DNA from: Polyangiales bacterium | GTDB taxonomy: Bacteria; Myxococcota_A; Polyangia; Polyangiales; Ga0077539 | Assembly (NCBI GenBank): GCA_044229975.1 | Contig: JBGARZ010000002.1 | Coordinates: 448,001 to 512,000 of the forward strand | Direction of reading: 5' to 3' | Length of the DNA stretch: 64,000 nucleotides | In this document: positions 43,845 to 53,662 of the stretch, in pieces | Numbering within the stretch: position 1 is the first letter of the stretch | Layout of the letters: each line of letters starts with the position of its first letter | The notes under the pieces: generated by a model | The model's input: only the letters and a program-made list of their open reading frames with translations | Told to the model about the DNA's origin: nothing | The model's database searches: none | Position numbers and translations under genes: made by a program

Positions 43845-44876
43845 GTGACCACCGCGAACGCCTCCAACACCGACCTCGTCCCCGCCCCGGAGCCGCGCAC
43901 CGCGCTCGACAAGCGCCTCGCGGCGATGATCCTCGACCCGCGCGACCTGCCCTTCCTCTACCTTATGGCGCAGTGCCTCGTGCTCGCGGCCTTCGGCGTC
44001 GGCCTCTTCTTCGCGGGACCGTGGGTCTGGTACCTCGCGCCTGTCTACTGGCTCGCGGTGTTTGTCGGCCTCGAAGACCGCTTCATCCTGATGCTGCACT
44101 GCACGTCGCACCGGCAGCTCTTCCGCCCCGAGCACCGGCGTCTCAACTTCGTCATCCCGTGGGTCATCGGGCCCTTCTACGGCGAGACCCCGGAGACCTA
44201 TTTCGTCCACCACATGGGGATGCACCACCCGGAGAACAACCTCCCGGACGACCTCTCCACGACCATGCGCTACCGCCGTGATCGGCTGTCGCACTGGCTC
44301 CACTACCTCTTCAGCTTCCTCTCGGTGGGCCCCGCCCTGCTCGCGCTCTATCACCACCGCAAGAACAACAAGAAGATGCTCCAGCGGATGCTCACCGGGG
44401 AGCTCAGCTTCTACGCGCTGATGGTGCTGCTCGCGGCGCTCAACTGGCGCGCGACCCTGGTGGTGTTCGTCATCCCGGTGCTTCTCGTCCGCACGCTGAT
44501 GATGGCGGGCAACTGGGCGCAGCACGCGTTCATCGACGCGAGCGACCCGGCCAACCCCTACAAGAACAGCATCACCTGCATCAACACCCGCTACAACCGC
44601 CGGTGCTTCAACGACGGCTATCACATCCATCACCACGTGAAGCCGCGCTGCCACTGGAGCGAGTACCCCGACGAGTTCGAGCGCAACAAGGACGAGTACG
44701 CCCGCCAGGACGCCATCGTCTTCGACGGAGTCGACTTCTTCCAGGTGTGGGCGATGCTCATGACCCGCCAGTGGAAGTCGCTCGCGAAGCGCTTCGTGCA
44801 ACTGCCCGGCGCGCCGGTGCGCGACGAGGCCGCGGTGATCGCGTTCCTCCAGTCGCGGGTGCAGGCGATCAGGTAG
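43845..44876 (+). CDS. Membrane fatty acid desaturase family protein
   Basis: His boxes HCTSH, HHMGMHH, NDGYHIHHH; TM segments. Confidence 0.88.
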   Translation: MTTANASNTDLVPAPEPRTALDKRLAAMILDPRDLPFLYLMAQCLVLAAFGVGLFFAGPWVWYLAPVYWLAVFVGLEDRFILMLHCTSHRQLFRPEHRRLNFVIPWVIGPFYGETPETYFVHHMGMHHPENNLPDDLSTTMRYRRDRLSHWLHYLFSFLSVGPALLALYHHRKNNKKMLQRMLTGELSFYALMVLLAALNWRATLVVFVIPVLLVRTLMMAGNWAQHAFIDASDPANPYKNSITCINTRYNRRCFNDGYHIHHHVKPRCHWSEYPDEFERNKDEYARQDAIVFDGVDFFQVWAMLMTRQWKSLAKRFVQLPGAPVRDEAAVIAFLQSRVQAIR

Positions 44877-44897
44877 CGCGGGGCCTGCGGCCGGCCG

Positions 44898-45458
44898 TCA
44901 GCCGTCGCCCAGTAGGCGGTCGAGGATGATCGCGACGGCGCAGCGCACCGGCAGGTGGTTGTAGCCGTTGGGCCGCACCGGAGCGAGGTGCACGTCGGCC
45001 TTCTCCAGCACGCGATCGGCGAGCCCGTAGCCCGTCCCGAACATCAACAGGTACGGCCCCTCCGCCGTCGCCATCTCGTCGCGGAGCGCGTCGAAGCTCG
45101 TCGCCATCGCGCGCGCCTTGGCGGCCGTCGTGACGACCCTCGGCGCGACGCCCTCCTTCGCGGTGATGGCTGCGATGGCCTCTTCGATGGACCCGATGTC
45201 CTGCACGATGGAGAGCGCCTCGGTGCGCTCCGGAACGCGGTCGCCGCCCTTCCCCTCGCGCCAGTAGCCGAGGATGTGGTGGATGAGCTCGCGCTGCGCC
45301 GTGATGGGCGTCACCACATAGTACCCGGCCGCGCCGTAGGTGCGGGCCGTGCGCGCGATGTCATGCACATCGAGGTTGGTCACCGACGTGGTGATCTCGT
45401 CGCCGCCGCGGCCGCGCACCGGGTGGTGCACCAGGGCCAGATACACGTTGCCCTTCAT
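44898..45458 (-). CDS. SPOUT RNA methyltransferase (DUF2168-like, trmD-associated)
   Basis: [50 protein letters not shown] overlap with trmD. Confidence 0.88.
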   Translation of the reverse strand: MKGNVYLALVHHPVRGRGGDEITTSVTNLDVHDIARTARTYGAAGYYVVTPITAQRELIHHILGYWREGKGGDRVPERTEALSIVQDIGSIEEAIAAITAKEGVAPRVVTTAAKARAMATSFDALRDEMATAEGPYLLMFGTGYGLADRVLEKADVHLAPVRPNGYNHLPVRCAVAIILDRLLGDG

Positions 45459-46198
45459 GGCTCCTCCCCGTCGATGATCTTCTGGTCGGCGCGGTCGAGG
45501 GTCATCCGCGCGAAGAGGTCGGGCCGACGCTCCCTCGTGCGCCGCAGCGAGTGCCACCGCCGCCACTTCGCGATGCGCGCGTGGTCGCCGCAGCGCAGCA
45601 CCTCAGGCACCGAAACACCACGGAACTCCAGCGGTCGCGTGTACTGCGGGTACTCGAGCGTTCCGTCGTCGCCGTGAGACTCCGTGGTCGCGCTCTCGGC
45701 GTTGCCCAACGCACCTGGCAGCAGCCTCACCACCGCGTCGATGATGGCGAGCGCCGCGGGTTCACCACCCGTCAACACGAAGTCACCGAGGGAGATCTCG
45801 TCGTCGACGTACGCGCGCACCCGCTCGTCGATGCCCTCGTAGCGACCACACACAAACGCCAGCGCGGGCAGCTTGCTCAGCTCGCGCGCTACGGCCTGCG
45901 TGAAGGGCCGACCCGTCGGGCTCATCAAGATGCGGTGCGGCGGCCCGCCCGTCGCCTCCACCGGCGGAACCGACTCGATGGCTCCCACCACCGCGGGCGC
46001 CATCATCACCATGCCGTTGCCGCCGCCGTACGGCGCGTCGTCGACGGTGTGGTGCTTGTTGGTGGAGAAATCCCTGATCTGCACGCCGTGGAAGCGCACC
46101 AGCCCCTGCGTGACGGCGCGACCCACGATGCTCGACCGCGTGAACCCGTCGAGCACCTCGGGGAAGAGCGCCACCAGGTAGACGTCGAGCGCGGCCAT
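45455..46198 (-). CDS. trmD: tRNA (guanine37-N1)-methyltransferase
   Basis: [40 protein letters not shown]. Confidence 0.97.
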   Translation of the reverse strand: MAALDVYLVALFPEVLDGFTRSSIVGRAVTQGLVRFHGVQIRDFSTNKHHTVDDAPYGGGNGMVMMAPAVVGAIESVPPVEATGGPPHRILMSPTGRPFTQAVARELSKLPALAFVCGRYEGIDERVRAYVDDEISLGDFVLTGGEPAALAIIDAVVRLLPGALGNAESATTESHGDDGTLEYPQYTRPLEFRGVSVPEVLRCGDHARIAKWRRWHSLRRTRERRPDLFARMTLDRADQKIIDGEEP

Positions 46199-46726
46199 TC
46201 AGCCCTCTTCGTCGAGGGCGCCCTCGGCGAGCACCACGACACCCGCCTCGGCGTCGATGGACTCGACGTGGCCGTCGGCGATGGGCACCTCGCGGTCGCC
46301 CTTGGGGCCACGCACCAGCAGCGCGTCGACGGAGGGGTACGCGATGACCTCGACCACCTCACCGACGACGGCGCCCGAGGCGTCGTGCACGGCGCTGCCC
46401 GGGAGGTCGCAGTGGTAGAACTCCCCCTCGCCCAGCGGCGCGAGCTCGCCCCGGCGCACGGACAGCTCAGCGAGCACCAGCGCCTCGGCCGCGTCGCGGT
46501 TGAGCGCGCCGACGAAGGACACGCTCATGCCCTTGCCGGCCTCGTGAATGGCCGCGATGGTGAGCGTCTTCTCGCCGAGTCCGTCGCGCTTGACGCGTAC
46601 GGTGAGGCCCACGCGGAGCGCGGCGATGTCGTCGTTGAAGGGCCGGAGCCAGAGCATGCCCTGGAGCCCCTTGGGGCGGCCGATGACGCCGACCGGGATC
46701 CAGCGCGCGGGATCGATGCGCGACAT
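46199..46726 (-). CDS. rimM: 16S rRNA processing protein RimM
   Basis: VGVIGRPKGLQG, RDAAEAL, GEFYHCDL; position between the KH gene and trmD. Confidence 0.9.
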   Translation of the reverse strand: MSRIDPARWIPVGVIGRPKGLQGMLWLRPFNDDIAALRVGLTVRVKRDGLGEKTLTIAAIHEAGKGMSVSFVGALNRDAAEALVLAELSVRRGELAPLGEGEFYHCDLPGSAVHDASGAVVGEVVEVIAYPSVDALLVRGPKGDREVPIADGHVESIDAEAGVVVLAEGALDEEG

Positions 46727-46756
46727 CGCTGGGCCTCGCAGGGTCTTAGGAGAGAG

Positions 46757-46999
46757 TCAGTTTTCGACGATGTTGAGGAGCACGCGCTGGCCGGAGGCGG
46801 CGGTCGCGGCGGAGAGCACGGTGCGCAGGGCGCGGGCGGTCTGCCCCCGGCGGCCGATGATCTTCCCCAGGTCGTCGGGGGCGACGCGCAGCTCGATGAC
46901 CACGGCGCCGTCGCGGGACGACTCGGACACCACCACCGACTCGGGCCGATCGACCAGCGAGCGGGCGAGGTGACGAACGATCAGGAAAGGGTCGACCAT
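46757..46999 (-). CDS. khpA: KH-domain RNA-binding protein
   Basis: LVDRPE, DLGKIIGRRGQTARALR; rpsP operon synteny. Confidence 0.92.
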   Translation of the reverse strand: MVDPFLIVRHLARSLVDRPESVVVSESSRDGAVVIELRVAPDDLGKIIGRRGQTARALRTVLSAATAASGQRVLLNIVEN

Positions 47000-47024
47000 C
47001 GTAGGTTGTCGGGGGAGCGGGCGA

Positions 47025-47285
47025 TCAGGCCGCGGGAGCGGCGACGGCCGGGTTGCGCTTCACGAGGTTGGTGATCTCCTCGGAGAGAAGCGCACCGACG
47101 CTCTGCCAGTAGGCGAGGCGGGCGTGGTCGATCGAGAAGGCCTTGCCCGCGTCCTTGGCGCGCGGATCGTAGAGCCCGATGAGCTCGATGTGCTTGCCGT
47201 CCCGGGGGGAGCGCGAATCCGTCACCGCCACGCGGTAGATCGGGGTCTTCTTGGTACCAACGCGCGCCAGACGAATCTTCACCAT
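47025..47285 (-). CDS. rpsP: 30S ribosomal protein S16
   Basis: MVKIRLAR.G.KK.P.YRV..TDSRSPRDG. Confidence 0.97.
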   Translation of the reverse strand: MVKIRLARVGTKKTPIYRVAVTDSRSPRDGKHIELIGLYDPRAKDAGKAFSIDHARLAYWQSVGALLSEEITNLVKRNPAVAAPAA

Positions 47286-47359
47286 GATGACGAAACCTTC
47301 CTCAACACTCGACACTGCCAACCAGCAAACGCCCACTCAGGGGCGTGTCAGGGGCGCGG

Positions 47360-47389
47360 AAACTACCGTCGCATCTTTGCCTTCGTCAA
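47360..47389 (-). promoter_or_regulatory. Candidate sigma70 promoter of the rpsP operon
   Basis: Minus strand TTGACG-N18-TAGTTT about 75 nt upstream of rpsP. Confidence 0.55.
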
Positions 47390-47472
47390 GCGCCTCCCCC
47401 GTATCCACACGAAGGTCGCCACCGGATGCACGCTTGACTCGCTCGCCGCGTCGGCATCAATCCCACCCCGCG

Positions 47473-49143
47473 ATGCTCCTGTCCACGCTCCGCTCGTCCC
47501 GCGTGTACGCGCTGCTGGTGCTGTCCCTCAGCGCGTCGTTTGGCCTCGGCGCCTCGTGCCGTCGACCGCCTCCCCCAGCGCGCCCGACGCCCGCCGCGCG
47601 GCCTCCCATCCGCCTCTATTTCCTCTCCGACCTCGACGGCTACCTCGAACCCTGCGGCTGCCAGTCGCGCCCCCTCGGCGGCATCGACCGCGTCGCGGCG
47701 CTCATCGGTCAGGAGCGCGCGGCCCACCCCCACAGCCTCCTCGTCGCCACCGGCAACCTCTTCTTCGAGCACCCCACCCTCGAAGCGCAGATGGTCTTCC
47801 AGGAGCGCGCCAAGGCCGAGTCGCTCGGGCCCATCCTCGACGGGCTCGGACTCGCCGCCTACGCGCCGGGCCCGTCGGACTACGCCCTCGGCGCCGACGT
47901 ATTGCAAGCACTCGCGCGCACCACCCGCGCCGTCCCGCTGGTGGCCAACCGCGCAGGCGCCGAGTCGACCCTGGTGCGCGAGGTGGCGGGCGTTCGCATT
48001 GGCCTCGTTGGCGTGAGCGATTTCGCCACCGCGGAGGGTTCGCGCCCGGCAGGAGCTCCCGAGACGAGCGACGCGGTCGAGGCGGCGCGTCGGGCCGTGG
48101 CGTCGCTGCGCGGGAGGGCCGACGTGGTGGTGGTGCTCGCGTCGGTTCCGCGGAGGGTGGCGCGCACCATCGCGGGCGAGGTCGCGGGCGTGGACTTCGT
48201 CATCGCCGCGCGGGAGTCGTCGGCCACTCCGCCGCCGCCCGAGCGCATCGGCCAGGCGCACCTCCTCACGGCCGTCGACCAGGGCAAGGGCCTCGGCGCC
48301 GTCGACCTCTACCTCCGCGGCGACGGAGCTTTTCAAGACACCTCCAACGCCAGCGCCACGGCCGAGCGCGCGCGCCTCGACGAACGCATCCACAACCTCG
48401 CGGGTCGCCTCGCCGCCTGGGAGCAGGACCCGGCCACCGACCGCGCCGCCATCGCCGCGCAGCGCACCCGCCTCGCCGAGATGAACGCCCAGCGCGCTGC
48501 GCTCGACCACCGTCCCGCCCCCACCACGGGTCGCTCCTTCGAGGCGCGTTCGTTCGAGATCGCGCCCGACGTGCCGCGCGCGCCCGCCGTGCAGGCGCAG
48601 ATCGCGACCTACTTCCGCGCCATCAACGACCGCAACCACACCGAGTACGCCTCGCTGCGCGCACCCGCGGCGCCGCCCGGGACGCCCCACTACGTCGGCA
48701 TCGAGGCGTGCCGCGACTGCCACGAGGAGGCCTACAACGTCTGGGCGCGAACGCCTCACAGCCACGCCTACCGCACGCTGGAAGACATCTCGAAGAACTA
48801 CAACCTCGCGTGCGTCGGCTGCCACGTCACCGGCTATCGCCAGCCCGGCGGCAGCGAGGTCGTGCAGAACGACGGCCTGCGTGACGTGCAGTGCGAGACC
48901 TGCCACGGCCCGGGCAGCGCCCACGTCGACGCGCGCAACGACGTGGCCCGCCGCGCGACCATCCGCCGCGACGCGCCCGCCGATCTCTGCGCGGGGCAAT
49001 GCCACACGGCCGAGCACTCCGACCACTTCAACTACGCCACGTACCGACCGCGCATCCTCGGCCCCGGCCACGGGCTGCCCATGACCGCGGGCGACGCGGG
49101 TGCCTCCGCGCCGGTCGACGGCTCTTCTCCAGCAGGCCACTGA
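47473..49143 (+). CDS. Exported UshA-like (5'-nucleotidase-fold) domain fused to a multiheme c-type cytochrome
   Basis: Signal with LGASC; SDLDGYLEPCGC..LGGIDR, LVATGNLF; heme motifs CRDCH, CVGCH, CETCH, CAGQCH. Confidence 0.85.
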   Translation: MLLSTLRSSRVYALLVLSLSASFGLGASCRRPPPPARPTPAARPPIRLYFLSDLDGYLEPCGCQSRPLGGIDRVAALIGQERAAHPHSLLVATGNLFFEHPTLEAQMVFQERAKAESLGPILDGLGLAAYAPGPSDYALGADVLQALARTTRAVPLVANRAGAESTLVREVAGVRIGLVGVSDFATAEGSRPAGAPETSDAVEAARRAVASLRGRADVVVVLASVPRRVARTIAGEVAGVDFVIAARESSATPPPPERIGQAHLLTAVDQGKGLGAVDLYLRGDGAFQDTSNASATAERARLDERIHNLAGRLAAWEQDPATDRAAIAAQRTRLAEMNAQRAALDHRPAPTTGRSFEARSFEIAPDVPRAPAVQAQIATYFRAINDRNHTEYASLRAPAAPPGTPHYVGIEACRDCHEEAYNVWARTPHSHAYRTLEDISKNYNLACVGCHVTGYRQPGGSEVVQNDGLRDVQCETCHGPGSAHVDARNDVARRATIRRDAPADLCAGQCHTAEHSDHFNYATYRPRILGPGHGLPMTAGDAGASAPVDGSSPAGH

Positions 49144-50469
49144 ATGCTGAGCCCCTCGATCTGGCTGCTGGCCGCGAGCACCTGCGTGCTCCCCTTCGTC
49201 GCGGGGCGCCGGCTCGGCGGCTTCGTGCACGCCCGCCCCTGGAGCCCGTGGCGCCGCGCGCTCGGCATCGTCGTCCCCGCGTCGCTCGCCCTGGCGTCGC
49301 TCGCCCTGCCGGCCCCGCGTGTCTGGTTCAGCGTCTACGACCACGCGCTCATGGCTGCGCTCTTCGCCCTCGGGCTGCTGCTCGCCGAGCGCCCCGGACG
49401 ACCCCGCCTCATCGGCCGCCAGGCCATCCTCCCGACCCTGGTGGTGCTCGTGATCGGCGGCTCCCTCGTCGAGTGGCAGGCGCGACGCATGCCCGGCGCG
49501 CCGCAGGACCCGGGCGACCCCGCGGAGATGCACCTCGTCTTTCGCCGCGAAGGCAGGGACATCCGCTGCCGCGCCATCTTCCCCGGCGCCTACGACTACG
49601 ACCTCCTGCAAGATCGCTGGCGCAACCTCGGGCCGACGCCGGGTCGGCGACGCGTGCTGCACGTCGGCGACTCGATGCTCACCAGCTTCCGGGGTGACCC
49701 CTTCACCGCGGTGCTCGACGGACTACGCCCCGGCGAGGTGCACATGAACCTCGGCATGGGCGGCGCGGCCCCCGACGCCTACCGGCTGATGCTCCGCCAC
49801 TGGCTCGACCGGACGCACCCCGACGAGGTGGTCGTGCACATCTTCCTGGGCAACGACCTCAACGAGTACCCCGAGTACCAATGCTGCGAGGGCGGCCCAC
49901 TCGTCGCTTTCACGCCCGCCGGGACGATGACGCCCCGATGCGACTCCCCCCGTTGGAACGTCGACTCCGAATCCCGCTGGCGCCTCGGCCCTTCGCCCTA
50001 TGCGTTGCGGTTGCTCGGCCACTACTCCAACGCCGCGGCCCGCGTGGTGGAGCGCATGGAACGCTCGATGCGCGCGGGCGTCGCGCCTACGACGGTCTCG
50101 GGCTCCTTCGGCTGGGGCCCGATGCGCACGCGCCTGCGCACCGAGCTGTTCTTCCGGGCGATCCGTGACGAGGTCGCCGCGCGCCGTGTGCCGCTCACCC
50201 TCTCCCTGCTCCCCGCGCGGTGGACGCTGGAGTCCGACGACGCCAACGACCCGGTGAACCTCATGCACGCCGAGGCCCTCGAGGCCGCGCACGCGCTCGA
50301 CATTCGCATCGTGGACCCGTGGGACGTCTTCCTTCCCGCGGCCCGAAACCCGGCCCCGGACCTGTGGTTTTCCCCTGAGAACCACCGCGATCCCCACCTC
50401 GGCAACGCCGGCCATCGGCTCTACGCGCGATGGCTCAACGAGCACGCCTTCACGCCCCGCGCTCCGTGA
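49144..50469 (+). CDS. Membrane-anchored SGNH/GDSL-type hydrolase/acyltransferase
   Basis: N-terminal TM segments; VGDSM block I, NLGMGG, GND, DPH..NAGH block V. Confidence 0.78.
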   Translation: MLSPSIWLLAASTCVLPFVAGRRLGGFVHARPWSPWRRALGIVVPASLALASLALPAPRVWFSVYDHALMAALFALGLLLAERPGRPRLIGRQAILPTLVVLVIGGSLVEWQARRMPGAPQDPGDPAEMHLVFRREGRDIRCRAIFPGAYDYDLLQDRWRNLGPTPGRRRVLHVGDSMLTSFRGDPFTAVLDGLRPGEVHMNLGMGGAAPDAYRLMLRHWLDRTHPDEVVVHIFLGNDLNEYPEYQCCEGGPLVAFTPAGTMTPRCDSPRWNVDSESRWRLGPSPYALRLLGHYSNAAARVVERMERSMRAGVAPTTVSGSFGWGPMRTRLRTELFFRAIRDEVAARRVPLTLSLLPARWTLESDDANDPVNLMHAEALEAAHALDIRIVDPWDVFLPAARNPAPDLWFSPENHRDPHLGNAGHRLYARWLNEHAFTPRAP

Positions 50470-50515
50470 TCGGGGCGGTGGTTCTTCTATTCACCGTGAG
50501 CCGCCGCCAGGGCGT

Positions 50516-51091
50516 ATGGTCGCGGTCGTCATGACGCCCAGGCTCCCCTCTGCGCGAACGTTCGTGGCGGTCCTGGTGGCCGCGCTGGCTCCTTCGGTGG
50601 TCGCGACCCTCGCGGCGAGGCAGACGCTGCCCGAGCGACGCGTGACCGAAGAGCACGAGCGGCGAGCGCTCCGCTGGCTGGCCGACCGCTCCCGGCTCTC
50701 GCAGGAGCTCAGGGCGTCCGTGGCGGTGGCGCGGTTGGCCGCCGTGGCGGAGCTCACCGACGACACGGCGACCGCGGCGGCGGCCGGCGCGGGCGTGCGG
50801 CGCATCGAGCTCATCAGCGACAGCGGTCGGGTGCTGGCGCGCGGAGTGCCGGCGTCGCAACGCGAGCCCCAGTGCCCGCCGGTGATGCTCTCCCAGCCGG
50901 TGCGCGAGGGCGTGCGGGCGACGATCACCGTGGACAGCGACTGCGTGACGTTGGCGAACCTCGCAGCACCGCGGGCGCGGCCGACCATCAAGGGAGCCAT
51001 CGTCGCGACGAGTGTCGCGGCGCTCGTCGCCATGCTGGTGGCGTTGTTCATCTTGCGCCCGGCAGCGTCGAGCTCTCCGTCGGAGGAGTAG
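50516..51091 (+). CDS. Hypothetical protein with two TM helices around a small periplasmic domain
   Basis: Two hydrophobic segments; ends at TAG abutting a ferredoxin fragment. Confidence 0.55.
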   Translation: MVAVVMTPRLPSARTFVAVLVAALAPSVVATLAARQTLPERRVTEEHERRALRWLADRSRLSQELRASVAVARLAAVAELTDDTATAAAAGAGVRRIELISDSGRVLARGVPASQREPQCPPVMLSQPVREGVRATITVDSDCVTLANLAAPRARPTIKGAIVATSVAALVAMLVALFILRPAASSSPSEE

Positions 51092-51092
51092 C

Positions 51093-51218
51093 TGCGGCGC
51101 CTGCGAACCCGAGTGCCCGGTGAGCGCCATCTTCGACGAGGACATGGTTCCGTCGTGGGACCCCGACGCGCTCGCCCGCAACATTGCCTTCTCCGTCGCC
51201 CGGCGCGCGAAGCCCTGA
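51093..51218 (+). pseudogene. 3' fragment of a 7Fe/8Fe (FdxA-type) ferredoxin gene
   Basis: Reads CGACEPECPVSAIFDEDMVPSWDPDALARN...*; no ferredoxin N-terminal half upstream. Confidence 0.75.
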
Positions 51219-51260
51219 AACTTCCCCTCCCCTCGCCTTTCGCGTGACCCTCCATCGGTC

Positions 51261-51668
<408 letters not shown>

Positions 51669-53071
51669 ACCGCAGCACCGCGACGCCCAGCAGCGCGCTC
51701 ACCGTCGACCCCACCAGCACGCCCACCTTCGCGCCGTCGGCGAGCGAGCGCTGCCCCGCAAACGCCAGCTCCCCGATGAAGAGCGACATCGTGAACCCGA
51801 TGCCCGCGAGCAACGACACGCCGAACACCTGACCCCACGACGCGTCCGTCGGGCGCGGGGCGAGCCCGGCGCGCACGGCGATCCAGGTGACGCCGAAGAC
51901 CCCCAGCGGCTTGCCCAGCACGAGGCCCAGCGCGGCACCGACCGCCGCGGGCGAGGCCATCGCGCCGCCGCCCGCGCCAACCACCCGCACCCCCGCGTTG
52001 ACCAGCGCAAACAGCGGAACGATCGCAAACGCCACCACGCCGTGGAGCACGACCAGCACCCGGTCGAGCGGCGACTGCATCTCCTCCAGGTGCCGCTCGA
52101 TGGAGGCCAGCACCCCGGAGTCGGGCGCGTCGGCGTCCTGGTGTTCGCGCAGCGAGTCGAGCGCCTCGTCGAGCTCGGCCAGCACTTCACCGACCGGCCG
52201 CGGCGCGCGCGCGGGAATCGCCAGCCCCAGCACCACGCCCGCCAGCGTCGAGTGCAGACCCGAGCGCAGCATCGCCACCCAGAGCGCGAAGCCCAGCGCG
52301 GCGTACGGCCACACCGTCCGAACGCCCGCGCGCCCGAGCCCGACGAGCGCGAGGGTGACCAGCACCGCGGCGCCGAGCCACGCCCACGCGATGCCGTGCC
52401 CGTAGAAGAGCCCGATCACCACGATGGCGCCGAGGTCGTCGAAGATCGCGAGCGACATCACGAAGACGAAGAGCGACGACGGTACCCGCGCGCGCATCAG
52501 CGACAGGCACCCCAGCGCGAAGGCGATGTCCGTCGCCATGGGGACGCCCCACCCGGCGCGGGCGGGCGTGCCCTCGGCCACGCCGACGTACGCGAGCGCG
52601 GGCACCACCATGCCCCCGAAGGCCGCGGCGAGCGGGAGCAGCGCGCGGCCCAGGGTGCGCAGCTCACCGCGCAGGAGCTCTCGCTTGATCTCCAGGCCCA
52701 CGACGAGGAAGAAGAGGGTCATCAGGCCCTCGTTGACCCAGTGCTGCACCGACCAGCGGAGCACGAAGCGGCCGACGCCGAGCGTCACCGGCGCGTGCAC
52801 CAGGTGGTCGAGCCCGGCGCTCCAGCGGGTGTTGGCCCACGCTACGGCCGTCACCGCCGCGGCGAGCAGCAGGAGCCCGCTCGCGGCCTCCAGTCGGAAG
52901 AAGGCCTGCAGTGGCCGCACGAGCGCAAACAGCACCCGCGGAACCGCCCTGCTCCCCTTCGTCGTGATCGCCGTCGCCATGGTCCGCCACAGTCCCTACC
53001 GCACGGCCGCGCGGTGTTCACCCCAGATCGGCCGCAGCGGGACGGCGGCGATGCTGATAGCTTCCGCCGCG

Positions 53072-53635
53072 ATGAGCGGCGTCGACGATCGCGCGATGGT
53101 GAAGGGCTTCGCGCTGCTCTCCTACCTCGACGCGCTGCGGGCGAGGCCCACGCTCGCAGGCCGCGTGATGCGCGAGCTCGAGGCGCGCCGCCCCGCGAGC
53201 CACCGCTTCTTCGCGGGCGAGGTCTACGCCAACCAGTGGTACCCGCGCTCGGAGATGCACGCGCTCTTCGACGCCCTCGCCGCGGTGGCGGGCGACGGCG
53301 ACGAGGAGTTTCGCGGCCTCGGCGCGCGGGCCGCGGAGTTTCAGATCGGCCGCATCTACCGGGTGTTTCTGGCCTTCGCGACGCCCGCGCTGGTCTTCCA
53401 GCGGGCCGAGTCCATCTGGGACAAGCAGAGCACAGGCGGGCGCTTTCGCGTGGTGCACGCCGCGGACGACCACCTCATCGGCGAGCTCGACGACCCGACG
53501 GCCCCCGTGAAGCTCCCCGTCGTGATGGCCGGCTGGAGCGATCGCGTCGTGATGATGCTACGCAGGCGCCCGACCCCGACGGAGGTCACCGCGCTCGGCG
53601 CCGGCCGCCACCGCTTCCGCGTCGCCTGGACGTAG
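53072..53635 (+). CDS. Hypothetical protein, myxobacterial DUF2378/V4R-like family
   Basis: VKG...WYP...G..AA...GW...F.V.W pattern. Confidence 0.65.
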   Translation: MSGVDDRAMVKGFALLSYLDALRARPTLAGRVMRELEARRPASHRFFAGEVYANQWYPRSEMHALFDALAAVAGDGDEEFRGLGARAAEFQIGRIYRVFLAFATPALVFQRAESIWDKQSTGGRFRVVHAADDHLIGELDDPTAPVKLPVVMAGWSDRVVMMLRRRPTPTEVTALGAGRHRFRVAWT

Positions 53636-53662
53636 ACCCTCCCTCCCCGATCACACCCTCCC

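Noticed and set aside
47650..47665. Selenocysteine codon in the UshA-like CxC motif
   Set aside because: Both codons are TGC; there is no in-frame TGA.
51012..51218. 68-aa Cys-rich ORF as a complete ferredoxin
   Set aside because: The N-terminal cysteines come from the alternate frame of the upstream gene's TM helix and do not match ferredoxin spacing; only the 3' part is homologous.
51089..51250. Amber read-through (pyrrolysine) of ORF 50516-51091
   Set aside because: The in-frame continuation is Arg-rich junk, the meaningful sequence is in another frame, and no pyl genes are in the window.
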